7,391 nucleotides of DNA, taken from the NCBI GenBank assembly GCA_009103225.1, contig RHPI01001168.1:101658-109048 (forward strand). The letters are read 5' to 3'. The stretch comes from Chlorokybus atmophyticus. Taxonomy: Eukaryota; Plantae; Mesostigma and Chlorokybus algae. This document shows positions 7,296 through 7,391 of the stretch, one piece after another. The notes beneath the pieces were generated by a model, which searched no databases, was not told where the DNA came from, and worked only from the letters and a program-made list of their open reading frames with translations. Within the stretch, counting starts at the first letter, position 1, and every line of letters begins with the position of its first letter. Position numbers and translations under genes: made by a program.

Positions 7296-7391
7296 GAGGC
7301 AGATCCAAGGCAAAAACAAAAACATTTGGGGCGGCTTGCCCTAGGCTGGGCGCGGGATCACGACCTGCGCGCCGAGCCAGTTCAACCTAAG

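Larger units (their letters stand above)
6742..7391 (+). repeat. 419-bp-period direct/tandem repeat with LTR/TRIM-like signals
   Basis: 7161-7391 matches 6742-6972 at 230/231 (C6769/G7188). Units start TGTCACG; a purine tract GGGGAGGAA (7152-7160) precedes copy 2. TGAGGCA (6876-6882) and TGCCTCA (7115-7121) are inverted, and the latter is followed by T-TGG. Confidence 0.93.

Overview
Eukaryotic, transposon-rich window with one assembly gap (N 4783-5070). (1) 1-~590: the 5' end of an LTR retrotransposon, probably Ty3/Gypsy. It shows the LTR 3' end (...TTACA at 157), a tRNA-Ala-like PBS and a truncated gag. A ~440-bp LTR/promoter-like, palindrome-rich segment follows. (2) ~1938 to the gap: an 11-exon gene hidden from the ORF track by short GT-AG introns. 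Manual splicing gives at least 690 aa of tyrosine recombinase (NDC10_II-type) with all six catalytic residues (R-K-H-R-W-Y) and a C-terminal GCR1_C-like domain. This is a CryptonF-type DNA transposon gene with an intact reading frame up to the gap. (3) Downstream: an AT-rich tract, then a 53-bp tandem array whose units carry fixed-spacing inverted CACCTG/AGGTG arms. (4) A possible minus-strand terminal exon. (5) A 419-bp near-identical direct repeat with a tRNA-like Pol III A/B-box head and LTR-like signals. Element ends and host taxon cannot be fixed from this window; TGTAA motifs only weakly hint at a chlorophyte.
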